Positions 48,567-62,872 are shown, counted from the whole stretch's first letter. The stretch: DNA of 63,972 nucleotides, filler included, from Reticulomyxa filosa (GCA_000512085.1; 24 parts of 24 records of this genome joined end to end with filler, not necessarily neighbours in it), one strand, 5' to 3'. Program-made: numbers and translations. Notes: a model not told the origin generated them from the sequence alone.

Positions 48567-49887
48567 GAATGGAGAGATGATGATGGCACACTAAAACCTT
48601 ATCCCAAAGATCTGTCCGACCAATTGGAACAAGCAGAAGTGGGTGATAAAGTTAAGTGTTTCTGATTTCAAACAAATCCAATCTTTTTCTTTTGCAACAT
48701 GTATGTACCTATATATGTAACGTACTCACAGATATCATATTGCACATCGCAGTGGACTTATGAAATTACAAAAGTTCAGAGCGACAAAGCCACTCAAAAG
48801 AATGCACAACACTCGAATCGAAGGGAACGAGTAGTGTTGAGAAAAACTGTACAAAGTTAACTATTTGTAATGTAATTCCAACACACAGTTCACAAATCAC
48901 CAATCAACAATACCATGACACATAAATAAATAACAGTTGTATTCACGGATCTTCCAGATTGGTGGGATTCGTCAAATAAAGATATACAATATCTGCAGGT
49001 CAATTGGAAAAAGGCGACAACTGCTGCGGAAAAGTTTGCTATGCAAGCGGCGAATGAATTTTACAGCACTTTAGATAAAAAAAAATATGAAATTGTTGCC
49101 ATCTATATCATCCAAAATTGGGCGCTTTGGGGACTACACATGACCTTAGAAAGTTCTTTTTTTTTTTTTTTTTTTTTTGTCCCAACTGGCTTTTTATATG
49201 TGATTCCATAAAACAATATAGATAACTGGCTCCAAAGTCAAAGACTTTCTAGTAAAACAAAAAATATTCGTAACTTATGGCATGGTAAGTACTTCATATG
49301 CCCCTCCACATTCATGAACATGCTTTCCAATCCGCTCATTCAAAACTTAACTTAACAAATACATTTAACATTTATAGGTACGGATACGGCTACAGTAAAA
49401 AAGATTACTGAAAAGGTATGTCATTTTTTTTTGTCTTTGCTCACTTTTTTTTTTTTTTTTTTGTTCCAAACAACAATTGGCTTTATTTTTGAACAAAAAA
49501 AAAAGAGCTTTTTACGGGATTACAATAAGACTTTCGTTTTCGGAAAAGGTGTTTATTTTGCAAAAGATGCACGATATTCGGTTGTCAACGAGTATGCAAA
49601 GTTTGACAATCCCGATGGACATGCGGAGCTGTTGTATTGCCGTGTCATATGTGGCGAAAGCGTGCGCGGAGACAAGAACTGTCTCAGACCTCCCGACAAA
49701 CAAAATGTGAAAGTTGTCCAAGAATATGAAACTATGATCAATGATGATGCCTCCATATTTGTCACATGCAATGATAATCAAAGTTCTGTGCTTATCTTTT
49801 TTTCTACTTCTTTGATACATTTCAGATTTTGTTTTGTTGCTCACAGGCTATCCGTGCATGAAGCTTATCATCAAACAATTCAAGTGA
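48567..49887 (+). CDS. WWE + PARP catalytic-domain protein (3' part), probably mono-ADP-ribosylating
   Basis: EWRDDDG..KPYP..S.QLE (WWE). IQNWALW, LWHG|T, FGKGVYFAKDARYS, LLYCRVICG and IFV..DNQ|GYP across GT-AG introns. Confidence 0.88.
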
Positions 49888-50514
49888 ACACACGAGGTCG
49901 AAAGTTTGTAAAAAAAAATAAATCGGCGTTTTTTTTTGCTATTTTTCATCTGCCCACAACTGACCAATACTTAGATTTATACTAAAATATGTTGAGATAA
50001 TTCGGAAATGTTTTAAAATTGAGGCACGAAATAAAACTCAAACTACTACGAATATCATGTGTTTTATAAAGTAGACGCTAACAAAGCGTTTTGTTTAAAC
50101 GAAAACAATCACAAATCAGAGAACCAGAAAATATTGTCAAAGTAATTTACAAAATTTTATTCGTTTGCGGTCTGATGTTCAACAAGCAAAAAAAAAAAAA
50201 TTTGGTCTTAAATACTAATTAGTTCCTAGACTTCGCAGTGAGTCAGGAACTTCTTGCAATTATTTGGTGTGTTAGCTGGAGGCAATTATGAAGGAACTAG
50301 TTAAAAATATTGTTATGCTACACTATACTTTCTAAAACAATTTCCTAAAGCAAAGCCTCAAGTGCCTGTTGTCCGCGGATCAATGTATTGGTGATATTTG
50401 GGAACATTGCGCTGAAATGGTTACACCATCTACCAAAAAAAAAAAATAAAATAGAATAAGCAATACATTAAAATATCATTTTTTTTTAATCAGAGTAATA
50501 CGAGGAACAATATA

Positions 50515-51939
50515 ACATCAAATGTGGATACATTTGCAATGGCTCCACATTACTCCTACGGATTTGCACTCGTGATATTTTTGTTCATTACAGTCATCTT
50601 TTACACCCTATCATTTTCTGTCAATGGTATATTTTACATATGCACACATGTATATTATCTATATATACATTTTTTTTTTGGAAAAAAAAATAGGCGTCAA
50701 GCTAGGATTGTTATTATGGATGTTGTCAGTGGTAATGTTGATTGGTGGACTATACTTTGGTGCAAGAGTGTCGCTATCGACAGGTGCACAATGGTGGACT
50801 GATATTTTATCAACACCACGACATCATTCACGAAGTACACTCTCCGGAACGAACATACATTCGCTTCATTCCTCATTTCCTTCCATCTCGAACGAACATG
50901 CGACTTGCAATGATCTTACCCACCGTAAAGATAAGAGTAACCAAAAAGAAGAGCCACTAACAAAAGTGGAGGCATTTGAAAACACAAATACAAATAAAGC
51001 ATCCGAGAGTGGAAAGAACAAAGCTTGGAATGACGAAGATGTGGTTATGCGTAGCCACAGCAACACATCGAAGCGAGCTGAAAAATACAAAATCGAAGAG
51101 AGTAAAGAAGATGAAAACAGAGACAAAGAGAAAGACACACCAATTACGAAATTATTGAAAGGAGCACGAATGACTCCAGGCCCAGTGGTTCTACACTTGC
51201 CAGAAAAAGAGTCCCTCCAAATGAAACTCGAAAAACCAAGTGTGCAAGAATGGAGTGAGCGAGCCAAGCCAGTGAACCAGCAATTGGGCATTGGAGACAA
51301 TCTGATGCAATGGATTGGACAGAGTCAATTGTTTGTAATACAATTATGTAAACAAAGACATACCATTTGGGAAGAAACAAACAAAGGGGTTGACTCATTG
51401 ATCGAACAATTGAAGCTATGGTATCCACAGCAAAGACAGCGTTTTGCCATTTTAGCAACCGCCATTGACAAGTGTCACTTTTTAATGGATAACTATGGTC
51501 AGCTGCAACTGGTAGCGAAAAACAAACAATCTCCACAAATCTGTCACTTACTGGAAAAAACCAAGTTCTTTCTTCAAGATGTGGATACTTTGACCTCGTT
51601 TATGGACAAAGGTCAACCAAATTAATGGATTTTGCAACTCGTGCATGGACGATTGAGGAGTTGGATCCATCTGATTGTACGTTGTTTATGCGTTTGTTTA
51701 CATTGTTTATGGGGGAACATTCCAGTGTCTCATTTCAGGGCACACATCATTTGCGGATCCCCTTGCACAAGATCAATCAGTTGGATACGTATCAAAGTGA
51801 TTTTGAATATATTGCAATTGCTTGTGTGGACGACTTCAATGAAGATGTTATTGCTCATTCACCGAATACCAAGTTTCCGTATTATTTTGTCATTTTCCAA
51901 CAATCACTACTTCAAAAAAAAATACTCTGTTTGGAATAA
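50515..51939 (+). CDS. Hypothetical protein with an N-terminal TM pair
   Basis: Hydrophobic exons followed by a long open frame to 51625 and an abutting frame 51625-51939 (possible frameshift). Confidence 0.45.
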
Positions 51940-52087
51940 TAAAGAAAATGTTTGCATTGACTATTCCAATGACAAACTCAAAGTCGGNNNNNNNNNNNNN
52001 NNNNNNNNNNNNNNNNNNNNNNNNNNNNNNNTTAATTAATTAANNNNNNNNNNNNNNNNNNNNNNNNNNNNNNNNNNNNNNNNNNNN

Positions 52088-54837
52088 TGTTGCTGTTGCG
52101 TGTCGACTGAACTCTTTTTTGCCAACCCATCGGATTTGCTATTTGCAGCGAGTAGCTGATCTCCGGAATGCGCACGAATGCAGCAGGGTGTAAACTTCCA
52201 ACAGTACTTGCCCGAGTCATCTCGGATGATCATTCGCACGCCACGTTCGGGCCCCCGTTCGTGGGAGACAAAGTCGTCACAAACGTTGATGATGCAACTG
52301 CTGTCATTGGCGAGATACATGCCCTGCGGGGCCTTGGCATCATTAGCGTTGCTGGTTATTGCCCCAGTGTCGTGTTTCAAAGGATAGCTATTTAAATAAT
52401 TGAACAGTGACATCATTGCAGTCTTGGCATGCACCTATATATACATAAATATATATGTATGTACGTATACATATATATGTACATATATGTATATATATTT
52501 TTTTTTTTGTAAAATAAGTGTTTTTATTTCGGCAACGGTGTTTTTGCTACATAAGCAAAAACGTACACACACACACACACAAACCACTAATTGCTGGGTG
52601 GCAGTTAGTTCATGGAGTTTTTTTCCTTCGGGAACAGTTTGCAAAAATTCCAAAGCAAAAGATAAGACTTTGAACACGCTAGCAAGAATCTGTCCGTTGC
52701 GCAAAAGCGACGGCGGCAGACGGAATATCCACGACAGCAAGCAATAGATGAGATCAGAAGCGATGTTGCAAATGGTGCGACTCCGCGCGACAGTTGCAGC
52801 CGTGGCCAGTTTGACGTACTCGGTGGTGTGGCGAATCAAATCCGGAAACAAGATGGTGGCAAGAAGATCAGGAGAGATATCGATTAAGGCGTGAGCGATG
52901 GTAGACAGACCATCTAACGCGCGCGCAGCGTACAAGCCATAGGCCAATTTATTGGGATGAGTGCACCCCACAATGCAACGCAATGCAGTCTGCAAGAAGT
53001 TGACGTCGGCAGTGGAAGCCAGTTCCTCAAACACGAGCAAGGTCAGTCCGGACATGACTAAATTGGCAAACTCAGATCGAGGCTCCGATACCTGCGCCGC
53101 GTTCTCGTAGACGCTTAAGAGGAGCACTTTGCTATTGGCAAGATCGTACTTCTTCTTGTTTTTGGAGATCTCTTTGGTAAGCAATTGAGAAGGCAGAGGA
53201 TTTATTTGGCATTGAGTCCAATGAGGGACACATGAAATTATTGTCGAAGCAATATACAAAGCAGCCACCATGTCTTCCATACTGGACTCGGGTTCCAATT
53301 TCGAATTATTATCATTTTTATCATTTTTATCATTCTTATCATTCTTATCATTCTTATCATTCTTATCGTTTTTAGCGCTCTTATCGATATCAAAGCATTC
53401 CTCAATGACACGCAAAAACGAAGGGAGCAATACGTATACTCCTTTCAAGTTCTTTCCAAACACACAGCCCTTGGCACATTCACGCAGCACGATGCTTCGA
53501 ATACGACTGTTGGACGCTTGCAAGCTGGCCAGGATGAGTTCATACAAGTGGCCGAGGACTTCATCCTTGACCATGACTTCCGAGGGTGTGAACACAATGT
53601 TGGCCAGACATTCAAAGGCAATGTCAAATTCGGCGACAAACTTGGCCGCTTGTTCCGTCGTCTGCTTCTTTAGCGCATCAAGACACAAATGGAATAGGAA
53701 AGGTGCAAAGATGAGTGCTAAGGTGTTGCTCTGCGGCAGCAAATGGCGCGACGGCAAAGGCAGCATATCCACGATGGCGGGATCAAAGTGCTCCAAGTCG
53801 TTGATTTCGATGCGCACCAACAGAGTGGAAAATGGAAACCCGTACTCTTTCATTGGTTCGTTATCGCCTGTGATCGGCGAGAGACGGTCCAGTGTCATCG
53901 GCTGCGGATTTGACATCAGCGAAGGCGTGCTCCCTCCTGTCAGTGGTTCTTGCTTCATTCGCTTCAGATTCTCTTTCATTCGTCGCGCCGCAGACATCGG
54001 CACAGTGTATAGCGCTATTATCAATATCTTCAATGCGTCCGTGAACCCTTCAATGTGGACCTTGCGGGATGCGCTCTCCATATTTTTGCTGGGGTCCCCT
54101 AATAGGTGCACTATGCGGTCCCATAACATGAACACTTGATCAAAGTTCTGTTTATATCCATCCCAATTATTTCCATAAATAATGGTATAACAATCAAACA
54201 TCTTTACTTTTCTTCTTTTTTTTTTTTTTTTTTAAAAAAAATAAAATATATAACTGAAAATTTCAAAGTGTCGACATCAACGTCCCTACACCGATCTTCA
54301 ATTTCAAACGCCTGGTCGAAAAAGTCCTCATACACACGGTCTTGTAATAGCGAGGATAGGTTTTCAACACGCTGCTCGTCCGACTTTTCGTTGCCATTTT
54401 CCTTCTTTTTTTTTGTCTTGGGACTTCCGACCTTGGCTCGCTCGTCTTCTTCTTCATCTCCGTCATCTTTCGCGTGATATTTCAACATTTCCACTGTCAG
54501 TGTTCGTACCATTTCCTAGATTTCATTTTTGTTTGTTTGTTTGTTTGTTTTGTTACGTGCAGTGATTGCATACACATACATATACATATATGATATAATT
54601 GTTATTATCATTATAAACTCTCCAGACGACGACAAATGGCAGATATCCCATTAGTTTGCCAAGACTCCTCGTTACGGTTTCAAACATGCAATGTCCAGTC
54701 GCGGGGTCCGCAATCGAGCACAAGACTAATGACTTTAACAAAGACTATTCAAATAATCGTGTGCACACATCGCATACCAAATAAAAACGTATATGGTATA
54801 GTGTCCCCTTTCCTCCGTCAGCGTTGATGAGCATGTT

Positions 54838-54868
<31 letters not shown>

Positions 54869-56890
54869 GTGAGCAGATGTACACAAAGACATACACACAT
54901 GAATCAGTGGATACACCAATTGGTGCAAACAATCTTTTTGCAGAAATTTTTTTTCAACAAATTTGAGAAGCGTCGTCAATTGGCAACGGATCAATACTTT
55001 CCATGATTGACTGTTCCAATTCACAAAAGGCTGCCCCGCGGCGACACGAAACAAATAAATAGCAAATCCACTCAGTTGAAGTTTTTGTGGCATTGCCAAG
55101 GGTGTTGTATCCCATACCTCGAGTATTACTGCTATTCGCTCAAATATTTCCTGGGAATACTCTTGATATTTCGACGTTGTTTCCTTGGTGGTTCGAAATC
55201 CCTTTTTCCCCCACATGCACAAACATACAAATACAACACGTGGCAAATTAAAAAAAAAAAAAAAAAAAGAAAAGAATTAATGCTAATGAACCAAAGAGTT
55301 TTGTTTTTCTCGATCCAAAAAAAGAGGGGGTTATTAGAATTCTAAAAGCAAAAAAAAAAATTACATGTATATATGTATATACATAAACGTATACACAAAA
55401 TCATGCAATCAATGTATACACACACACACAAACATGATGGATATGAGTGTATATGTGTATACCAAAATCCAAAATTCAACGCATCGCAACATCCGAAAAG
55501 TGAAAGTATTGGCGCTGAGTGGCAAGTTCATAGCCCAATAGAGAATTTCAATCCAATATCTCATTTGCAGTTCTGATTTCATAATTTTGTGCCACTTTTG
55601 TTCATTGCTCATGATTGACCACAACCATTCAATCAATACGGTCAGTACGTCCACGGGTGGGCCATTGCTGCCAAACCCAACCCCTTCGGTTTTCGTTATC
55701 TCTTCTGTGTTGTTTTTTTTTGTTTTTTTTATGAATTGAACAATATACACATATATGCATATATAATTTTTTTTTGAAAAACAAAACAAAACTTGTTTTT
55801 TCATCGTCTTCTTTTGCGTTTGGATAAATCAAGAATTGGTAGTCATGCGTACATTGATGAAAAAATTGGGGGTAAAAATGATCAACAAGAAAGCCATACC
55901 AATAGTCAAAATCATTGCTCTGAAACATCAAATCCAATATTTTTTTCAACATTTTTAGCGCCGATTGCTGAGTAGATCGTCCTTTTCGCACCCAAGGAAT
56001 TGGATCCGGAGCTATATTATCCACCGTTTCATAAATATGCACATGTATAGCCTCATTTTTAATATATTTATACATGATACGTATACCATATATACATATA
56101 CATATATGCATGTATATAACCAAAAAAAGTTATTGATCAAATGTATAAATGTAAAAATGAATAAACAAACTCCAACCTAAAATCATATACTGCTTGAAAT
56201 TCCGCTCATATTCAGCAAAACTCCCGTCGGTGCAAAAAGGTGTGAAGTCAACGCAATGAGAAAACAATTCGATATATTTCGGAGAGGTTTTATCTTTACA
56301 ACCACTTATGATCACAAACAATAGGGTCACTGCCTCATATCGGATCTGCTCGTGCGTTTGATAGTGCAAAAATTTTGTTAACAATTGTGTCATTGCATTA
56401 GTGTTCCATTTTTGCATTAATAGCTCTGATATGTCCTCACATAATATTGTTAAACAATTTATAATGTCACACACTCGTTGTGGGTCCTCATACGTCGGAT
56501 CTTTTGTCATTATTTTTGTTTTTTTTATTTATTTAGGTATATTCATAAATACAAAAAAAAAAAAAAAAAATAGAATCCAAAAAACCTTTTTTGGACGGTT
56601 TTTTAATGCATTCTTCCAAGGTGTTACGACAAACATTAAACACTTGATGTGACTGTTGCTCATGCCATTTCTTACGCTCGGCGCCGCTTTCGATCCCCTC
56701 TATGCATCGGGTTAGTAATGTTTTTGTTTGTAGGTGATTATCTTCAAACATATATGAGCAAGGACTGTTTTTGTTTCACGAGATTTTGAAAACTTTGTAT
56801 TGCCATCAATGCTTTGAAGCGAGTCTTTGTAGGAAATTTATCCGAAGAAAATTGATCATATTTCTTATCTTTGCTGTTGAAACGCCACAT
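52088..56890 (-). CDS. RALGAPA: Ral GTPase-activating protein alpha subunit-like (3' truncated)
   Basis: N-terminal KTRFKAL and LMQKWNTNAMTQLLTKFLH..IRYEAVTLL. Pre-GAP GVRMIIRDDSGKYCW. Many exons. Confidence 0.7.
53290..53372 (-). repeat. Coding 9-bp tandem repeat (KND)n
   Basis: KNDKNDKNDKNDKNDKNDKND in ORF 52435-54201. Confidence 0.9.
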
Positions 56891-57404
56891 GATATGACTT
56901 TGTCAAAAATAAAGTTTCCCCCTCCTGAATGGGCAGGTTTACGAACTCTTTGTAACACAATAAAATACAGGATCCTCAAAGAAACTCTTGAAGGAAGCTA
57001 ATGTCTTGCGTGTTAACTCTGCAGCCTCGTCAGGACAAATTTTTTCCACATTGTCAAAATCTTTCTAAAAAATCGACAGATAACCAAATAAAATAAAACA
57101 AAAACAATAAAAACTAATAAGTATATTCTTTTTATTGTAAACACTCGTCAAGTGGGTTGCAATGATTGTTTTCCAACACTACCAATTACCAAAAACTTGA
57201 GAAGTACAAAATAAAAATTACTTTTTTATTGGTGCTGGCAAAAAAAAAGTTAAAAAAAATCATTACACGTGTGAAAAATTTGTTGATGCTTGATAAAGAA
57301 AAAATTGAGTAACCAAGACTAATACTAAACACACGGAATGTCTCACACACAAAATTTAGCTGGGAGGGTAAGAAAAAATAAAAAGGAAGAAATAAGAAAA
57401 ACAA

Positions 57405-57435
57405 GTCAAATCAAATCAAATCAAATCAAATCAAA
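57405..57435 (+). repeat. (TCAAA)n microsatellite at contig end
   Basis: Six direct copies. Confidence 0.9.
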
Positions 57436-57535
57436 NNNNNNNNNNNNNNNNNNNNNNNNNNNNNNNNNNNNNNNNNNNNTTAATTAATTAANNNNNNNNN
57501 NNNNNNNNNNNNNNNNNNNNNNNNNNNNNNNNNNN

Positions 57536-58540
57536 AAAAAAAAAAAAAATGAAACTGGTAAATAGTAACCCACAATGCGAGTGAAACAGTGTATCGAATG
57601 ACCCGCGACAATAACTTTGCATTTCCTTATTACGGAGGCGTGGACACAGTGTTGTTGCGCGTAGACCAGGTGTCGCATGCATGTGTGCGATTGCGTTATT
57701 TGGACGCGAGTAACGAGCAAGGCCGGTACCAAGTGCCGGTGAACATTACTGTGCCAAGCAAGTCAGATGACACTAGCAACAGTCTGTACAAAGTATCGGT
57801 GTCAAACTCTACGAATGGACTGTTCGGGTTTGACCTCGTGCGCACGGACGGCGACAAAGAGGTGGTCATGAGCACAAAGGGTCTCCCGGGCTTGATCTAC
57901 TCTGCACAATTCCTGCAACTATTGCTCAGCTTCCCCAACCAAACGCAATTGTATGGCTGGGGCGAACGGTTAGGAGATATGCTGTTAATTTGTATTATGT
58001 GATATCCATTTTTGTTTATTTGTTTGTTTGTTTGAAGATATTCTCAAGCCCACATTCCTACAAACAAGTATTTAACCTTGGTCAGTTGGAGTCGAGATAT
58101 TTTGGATCAACCAGGCTATGGCAATTCTTATGGTTTGTTGAAAAACATGTTTGATAATGCTTTGTCTGATATTAATATGAGATATCAAGAGGAAGGGAAA
58201 CAAACAAAAAAAACGCATGAAGTAATATGCGACATTGATACGATGTAATGTGTATACCAAATAGGCGTTCATCCCTTTCTGCTGGGAATCGAACCAAATG
58301 GAAAGTCTTTTGGAATCCTCATTTTCAATAGCAATGCCATGGAACTGGTGGTCACACCCTACCCAGCTTTGCAGTATCGCACCATTGGCGGCATTCTTGA
58401 CGTGTTTGTGTTTTTCGGACCGTCGACCCGACAAGTCCTCCAACAGTACTGGAGCATTATCGGATATCCCATGCTACCACCTTTTTGGTCTTTAGGTACA
58501 TACATTTTAAGTTGTTGTCTTCTTTTTGCAATACCTTTTA

Positions 58541-58580
<40 letters not shown>

Positions 58581-58635
58581 TTATTTATTTATTTATTTAT
58601 ATTATTTTATAGGTCTTTCTATTTATCTCGCTGGG
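57536..58635 (+). CDS. Glycoside hydrolase family 31 alpha-glucosidase (N-terminal part)
   Basis: LIYSAQFLQL, LYGWGE, YG|VHPF, NSNAME, YRTIGGILD.F.F.GP and GYPMLPPFWSLG. Confidence 0.93.
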
Positions 58636-58735
58636 NNNNNNNNNNNNNNNNNNNNNNNNNNNNNNNNNNNNNNNNNNNNTTAATTAATTAANNNNNNNNN
58701 NNNNNNNNNNNNNNNNNNNNNNNNNNNNNNNNNNN

Positions 58736-59486
58736 TAATAATAATAACAACAATAATAATAATAATAATAATAATAACAATAACAATATAAAATAATGAA
58801 ATGCAAGTACTTGGGAAATAACACTGGACTTTGATGTTGGTGTTGAATTCCCAATTCCATGTGCAATGTCTGAAAAATTGTTCATAGCCAGCCAATGTCT
58901 GTTGCAGGAGACGGAGATGATACTCCATTTTTTGATATTTGGTGCTGTTGTTCATTGCACTGAAACAAAATCTCATTGCAACCATAGCTGTGAAATTGAC
59001 ATCGTTTGACCAATAAGGGACAAAATGTCTCCAAATGCTCTTGCAGATTTTTCACCTTGCCTTGGTAGTCACACTTACAATCGGCTAAAATGTTCAGAGT
59101 GTTGTGCTGATAATATTGTCGGGGACAAACCACCAGAAAATTCTCCACATGCTTTCGAACTACTCTACTTTCCAAAATTTGCAACTGTCATGTCCTTGGA
59201 CTGGGCATTTCTTTCCATTTGCATTCAAATATCTCGTCAGACATTCCTCTCCAACTATCAAAAACTCATTGCTATTCTCATGCTCATCACAAGTCAACTC
59301 TATCGCATTTTTCGCTATTTGGCCACACAACAAGCAAAAGTCACTCTCAATCAGGTGCTCGGTATTATTCATCGCCAGCCAATCTTTCATGTAGCATTGC
59401 TCAAGAAATGTTTCTTTTATTTCTTCTTGGTTGTTTTTGTTCTGTTCTATTGACTGCAAGGTTAACATTCTATTTGAAAAGGGCAC
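58736..59486 (-). CDS. RING-like + TRAF-type zinc-finger protein, paralog of 47770 (frameshifted)
   Basis: CLLCGQIAKNA..C.EH..GEECL..CPV and CDYQGKV..LQEHLETFC. Frame changes near 59170 and 58940. Confidence 0.7.
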
Positions 59487-59879
59487 CTTTTTCTGGAAAA
59501 AAAAAAAAAAGACGAAAAGTCAGAGGCTTCTTTGCCAATAAGCATGCGATCAATTGAGAATTGTGAAAGCTAATAACAACAGGTTCGAAAATTGCTGTGT
59601 AATTGGCTTTGAATTATCAATAAACAATAACCATAAACGTACATATGTATATATTTTTTTGTATTTTTCATGCCACTTTGTTTTCTCACTATCAAACTTG
59701 CAATAACAACACTTTGATCGATTTTATGAACAAATTAAGACCTTGTTGTCGGTTTTTGAAGAATCAAAGTTTTTTTTTTTTTTTTTCCTTGCAGGTTTGA
59801 AACACCCTCCTCCTCCGCGAAAGGCAAGATTGTGTTTTTTTTCTCTAGGGCGTATTTGTATTGAAAAGAACAAAAGAAA

Positions 59880-60211
59880 ATGAAACCCATGTCAATTCTA
59901 GTCCAAGAAACAGACACAAAGACAACTCCTTTACTCTATGGTGAAACAATCGAAGATCGGGTGTATCATTTCAATCCGCACGGTCTAACACGAACGCAGT
60001 TGATATCTTGCCTGCCAAGACTATTGTTGTTTTACTATAACGAAGTGCTTGGAGCAAGGGAGGAAAAGCCGTTGGAGATAGACAAAGGATATTCCGAAAC
60101 GCATGCAATGGTGGCTATGCGTATGGACTTTGCCGCAAAAAAAAGTCTCTTTTTCGATGACATGGTTCTTGATTTTTTTTTCTTTTTGACCCACGAGCAC
60201 CCCCTCACCGG
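59880..60211 (+). CDS. 5' exon of a hypothetical protein
   Basis: ATG-initiated non-repetitive frame ending near FFLTHEHPLTG. Confidence 0.45.
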
Positions 60212-60429
60212 CATTTTTGTTCAGTTTTTTAAATTTTTTTTTGTCCCCTTTTTTTTTAAAAAAAAAAAAAATTTGTGTAGTACACTTTTATTAGCTGTCA
60301 TTAAAAGGTGTAAAAAAAAAAAAAAAAAANNNNNNNNNNNNNNNNNNNNNNNNNNNNNNNNNNNNNNNNNNNNTTAATTAATTAANNNNNNNNNNNNNNN
60401 NNNNNNNNNNNNNNNNNNNNNNNNNNNNN

Positions 60430-60470
<41 letters not shown>

Positions 60471-61553
60471 TTGATATGTGAGCAATCATGCAATGTCCAT
60501 GAATGGCTTGCAATCCATTTAGCCATTCCTTTCTTTCCAACATTGATATTGGCGCTATCCTTGTTGATCATTCGACAATCGATGCCCAACAACGAGACGC
60601 GAAGAGCGTTGGAAAACAGGACGCGCGTTCGCCTCCTCAGCTACGCGTACAAGCAGTCGCTGCACATACTTTGGTACGCTTATGGCGTTTACATTTATTT
60701 CGCTCGCTGCAAATTGTCCGATTGCTATTCCAAGTTTTTTTTCCTCGTCTTCGTTGTCACTTTATTTTTCGGTAAGTGCAGACACTTCAAACGAGGATGA
60801 AAGGAAGAGGAGGATGTGTGTATGTATATATGTGTGGGTTATCCCCTTTTCTGAACTTTTTTGGTTGTTAAACGTTGCTTTTTAAAAAAAAAAATTAACG
60901 TAGGCGTCATTCATAGTCTCGCGTTAATCGGAATGAAAGTGTATAGCAAATGCTCAAGACAAGAAGATTCGATATTGTGGAATAACGTGACACAGTTTTT
61001 ATTCAATCACATAATATTCAATATGATCCTGACCTCCGAAGGCCGCATGGTGTTGGGGGAACTGAACTGGACGGACCCCAGCGATTTGGAAATGGGCTTC
61101 CGTCGCATTCGCGATGGCACCACACAGCAATTGATCGACGAATTGGCGATCAAAGAATTTCGCAAGCCAAAGTCAAAGCGAAAGCAAACGTCATCATCTC
61201 CGCAAGCGCTTTCGACACAAATCAAAGACAAGGACAAAGACGAGCGCGATGATAGTAATGGTAATGATAATGATAATGATAATGATAATGATAATGATGA
61301 TGATGATGATGATGATGTCGATGTCAATGTCATTGCTGGGGGCAATAACAACACAGACGATAATTCCGATGATAATGCACCACAATGTGCTATCTGCTTG
61401 GTTTCCTTTCAGGAAAGAGATCGCATTCGCATCTTGCCATGTACACATGAATTTCATGTCCCTTGCGCAGACAAATGGCTTTTGCAGAAAAGCACTTGTC
61501 CTGTTTGTCGCTTGGATATTCGGCAAGCCTTACAAAATGCAAATAATGTGTAA
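60430..61553 (+). CDS. Multi-TM RING-H2 E3 ubiquitin ligase (3' part)
   Basis: TM exon (C...HEWL, LWYAYG.Y....C) and CAICLVSF..RILPC.HEFH..CADKWL..CPVCR. Confidence 0.88.
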
Positions 61554-62695
61554 AAAAAAATTTATGATAATGATTAATAAACAAAATAAATAAAGAAATA
61601 CACCTATTCTCTTTCGGCTTTTTCTTTTTTTCTCGTTCTCGCCTCTCCCCTCTCTCACTTCACCATTCAAGCCATGTTACAACATGTCACAAATTCACAA
61701 GCAAGCCAAAAAAAATAAGATAGAATAAAAAATGATGGCACAAGGGTAGTGTTGTCTTTGGACAACCTAAATTTGAGAAGGTGATATGCTCCATATGTCA
61801 TTCAAAGTTATACACAAATGTGACAATGTTTCCTTTAATTTTCTTAATAGCGTTCTTTTTGAAAACATATTCTCAAAAAAAGGTTTATTATAATATCTAA
61901 ATGCTATTATCAAAGCAAAACATTGCTGTTTGTGAGTTTCTCATTTATCTGTTGCCAAGATTTAATTCCTATAACTTAATTAAAAGAAAATTCTTACAAA
62001 ATGCGAAAAGTTACGTGAAAATCTCATCGTATCGAGGAAACAGGATGTCCTGATGGAAACTGGCTAAAAGAAGCTCAAATATCAACAAACAAATTAAATG
62101 GCATCAACAAATATTCGAGTTCCTTCGTTAGGACTAAGTCTACTTTGCATATATTGTATCAGCGCACCCTTAAAAGAAGTCTTAAAGAATGCTGAGACGC
62201 TACAAAAAAAAGGGGTGTACACTTTCTTTGCTGCCAGTATTTCTTTATTGTAATGTCAGCAAAACGGGAAACATATGTATGCTTGGCCACTGTCATTTAT
62301 AAATACAATGCAAGCTTTTATCCGCTACTATTTCTTTCTAAACGCAGGTAAAGTGAAATTTTTTTTTAGAGAATTTTTTAAAATTAAAACATAACATAGA
62401 AAATCTTTGAAAGAGCACTTTTCCTCAAATAACCAAAATATAATATAAAATAACAAAAATAATTAAAAAGCAACAAACAAAGGAACATCAAGAAAGTAAT
62501 AAAAACACATCCAAATGTTAAATTTTTTCATGGAGAAATCATTATAAAGATACTTCAGTTATCAACTTTCTTTTCTGTTGCACAAAAAATAAATTCTCAT
62601 TCATTTAAGTACACGTATTAATTAGGTTATCTTTTTGTAACCGATAGTACTACTATGCATTGATTAACAACAAACATTAAAAAAAAACGAAGATA

Positions 62696-62872
62696 CAGTA
62701 GATTGAAAAAAAAACTGACATACCTAAATGGCACTATATGAAGAGAATCGATTTTCTCCATGAAAAATAAAAACTTAAACCTAATTTTTTTAAAAATCTT
62801 TTTGTTTTCATTTTAGTTTAAAAAAAAAAAAATTAGGTTTAAATCTTTATCTTTCATGGAGAAAATCGATTC
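62696..62872. mobile_element. Tc1/mariner-derived MITE (fold-back), right end cut by contig end
   Basis: TA|CAGTAGATTG start. GAATCGATTTTCTCCATGAAA (62745-62765) pairs perfectly with 62852-62872, and pairing continues inward. Confidence 0.72.

Noticed and set aside
28534-49887. ART, caspase, bacterial kinase and PARP genes as a physical defence island
   Set aside because: They lie on different contigs joined arbitrarily, so adjacency across linkers is meaningless.
57405-57435. (TCAAA)n as a telomere
   Set aside because: Only six units, and other contigs also end in assorted microsatellites.
61700-62520. Transposase remnant upstream of the degenerate TIR at about 62520-62585
   Set aside because: No recognisable DDE or HTH motif could be read in any frame.
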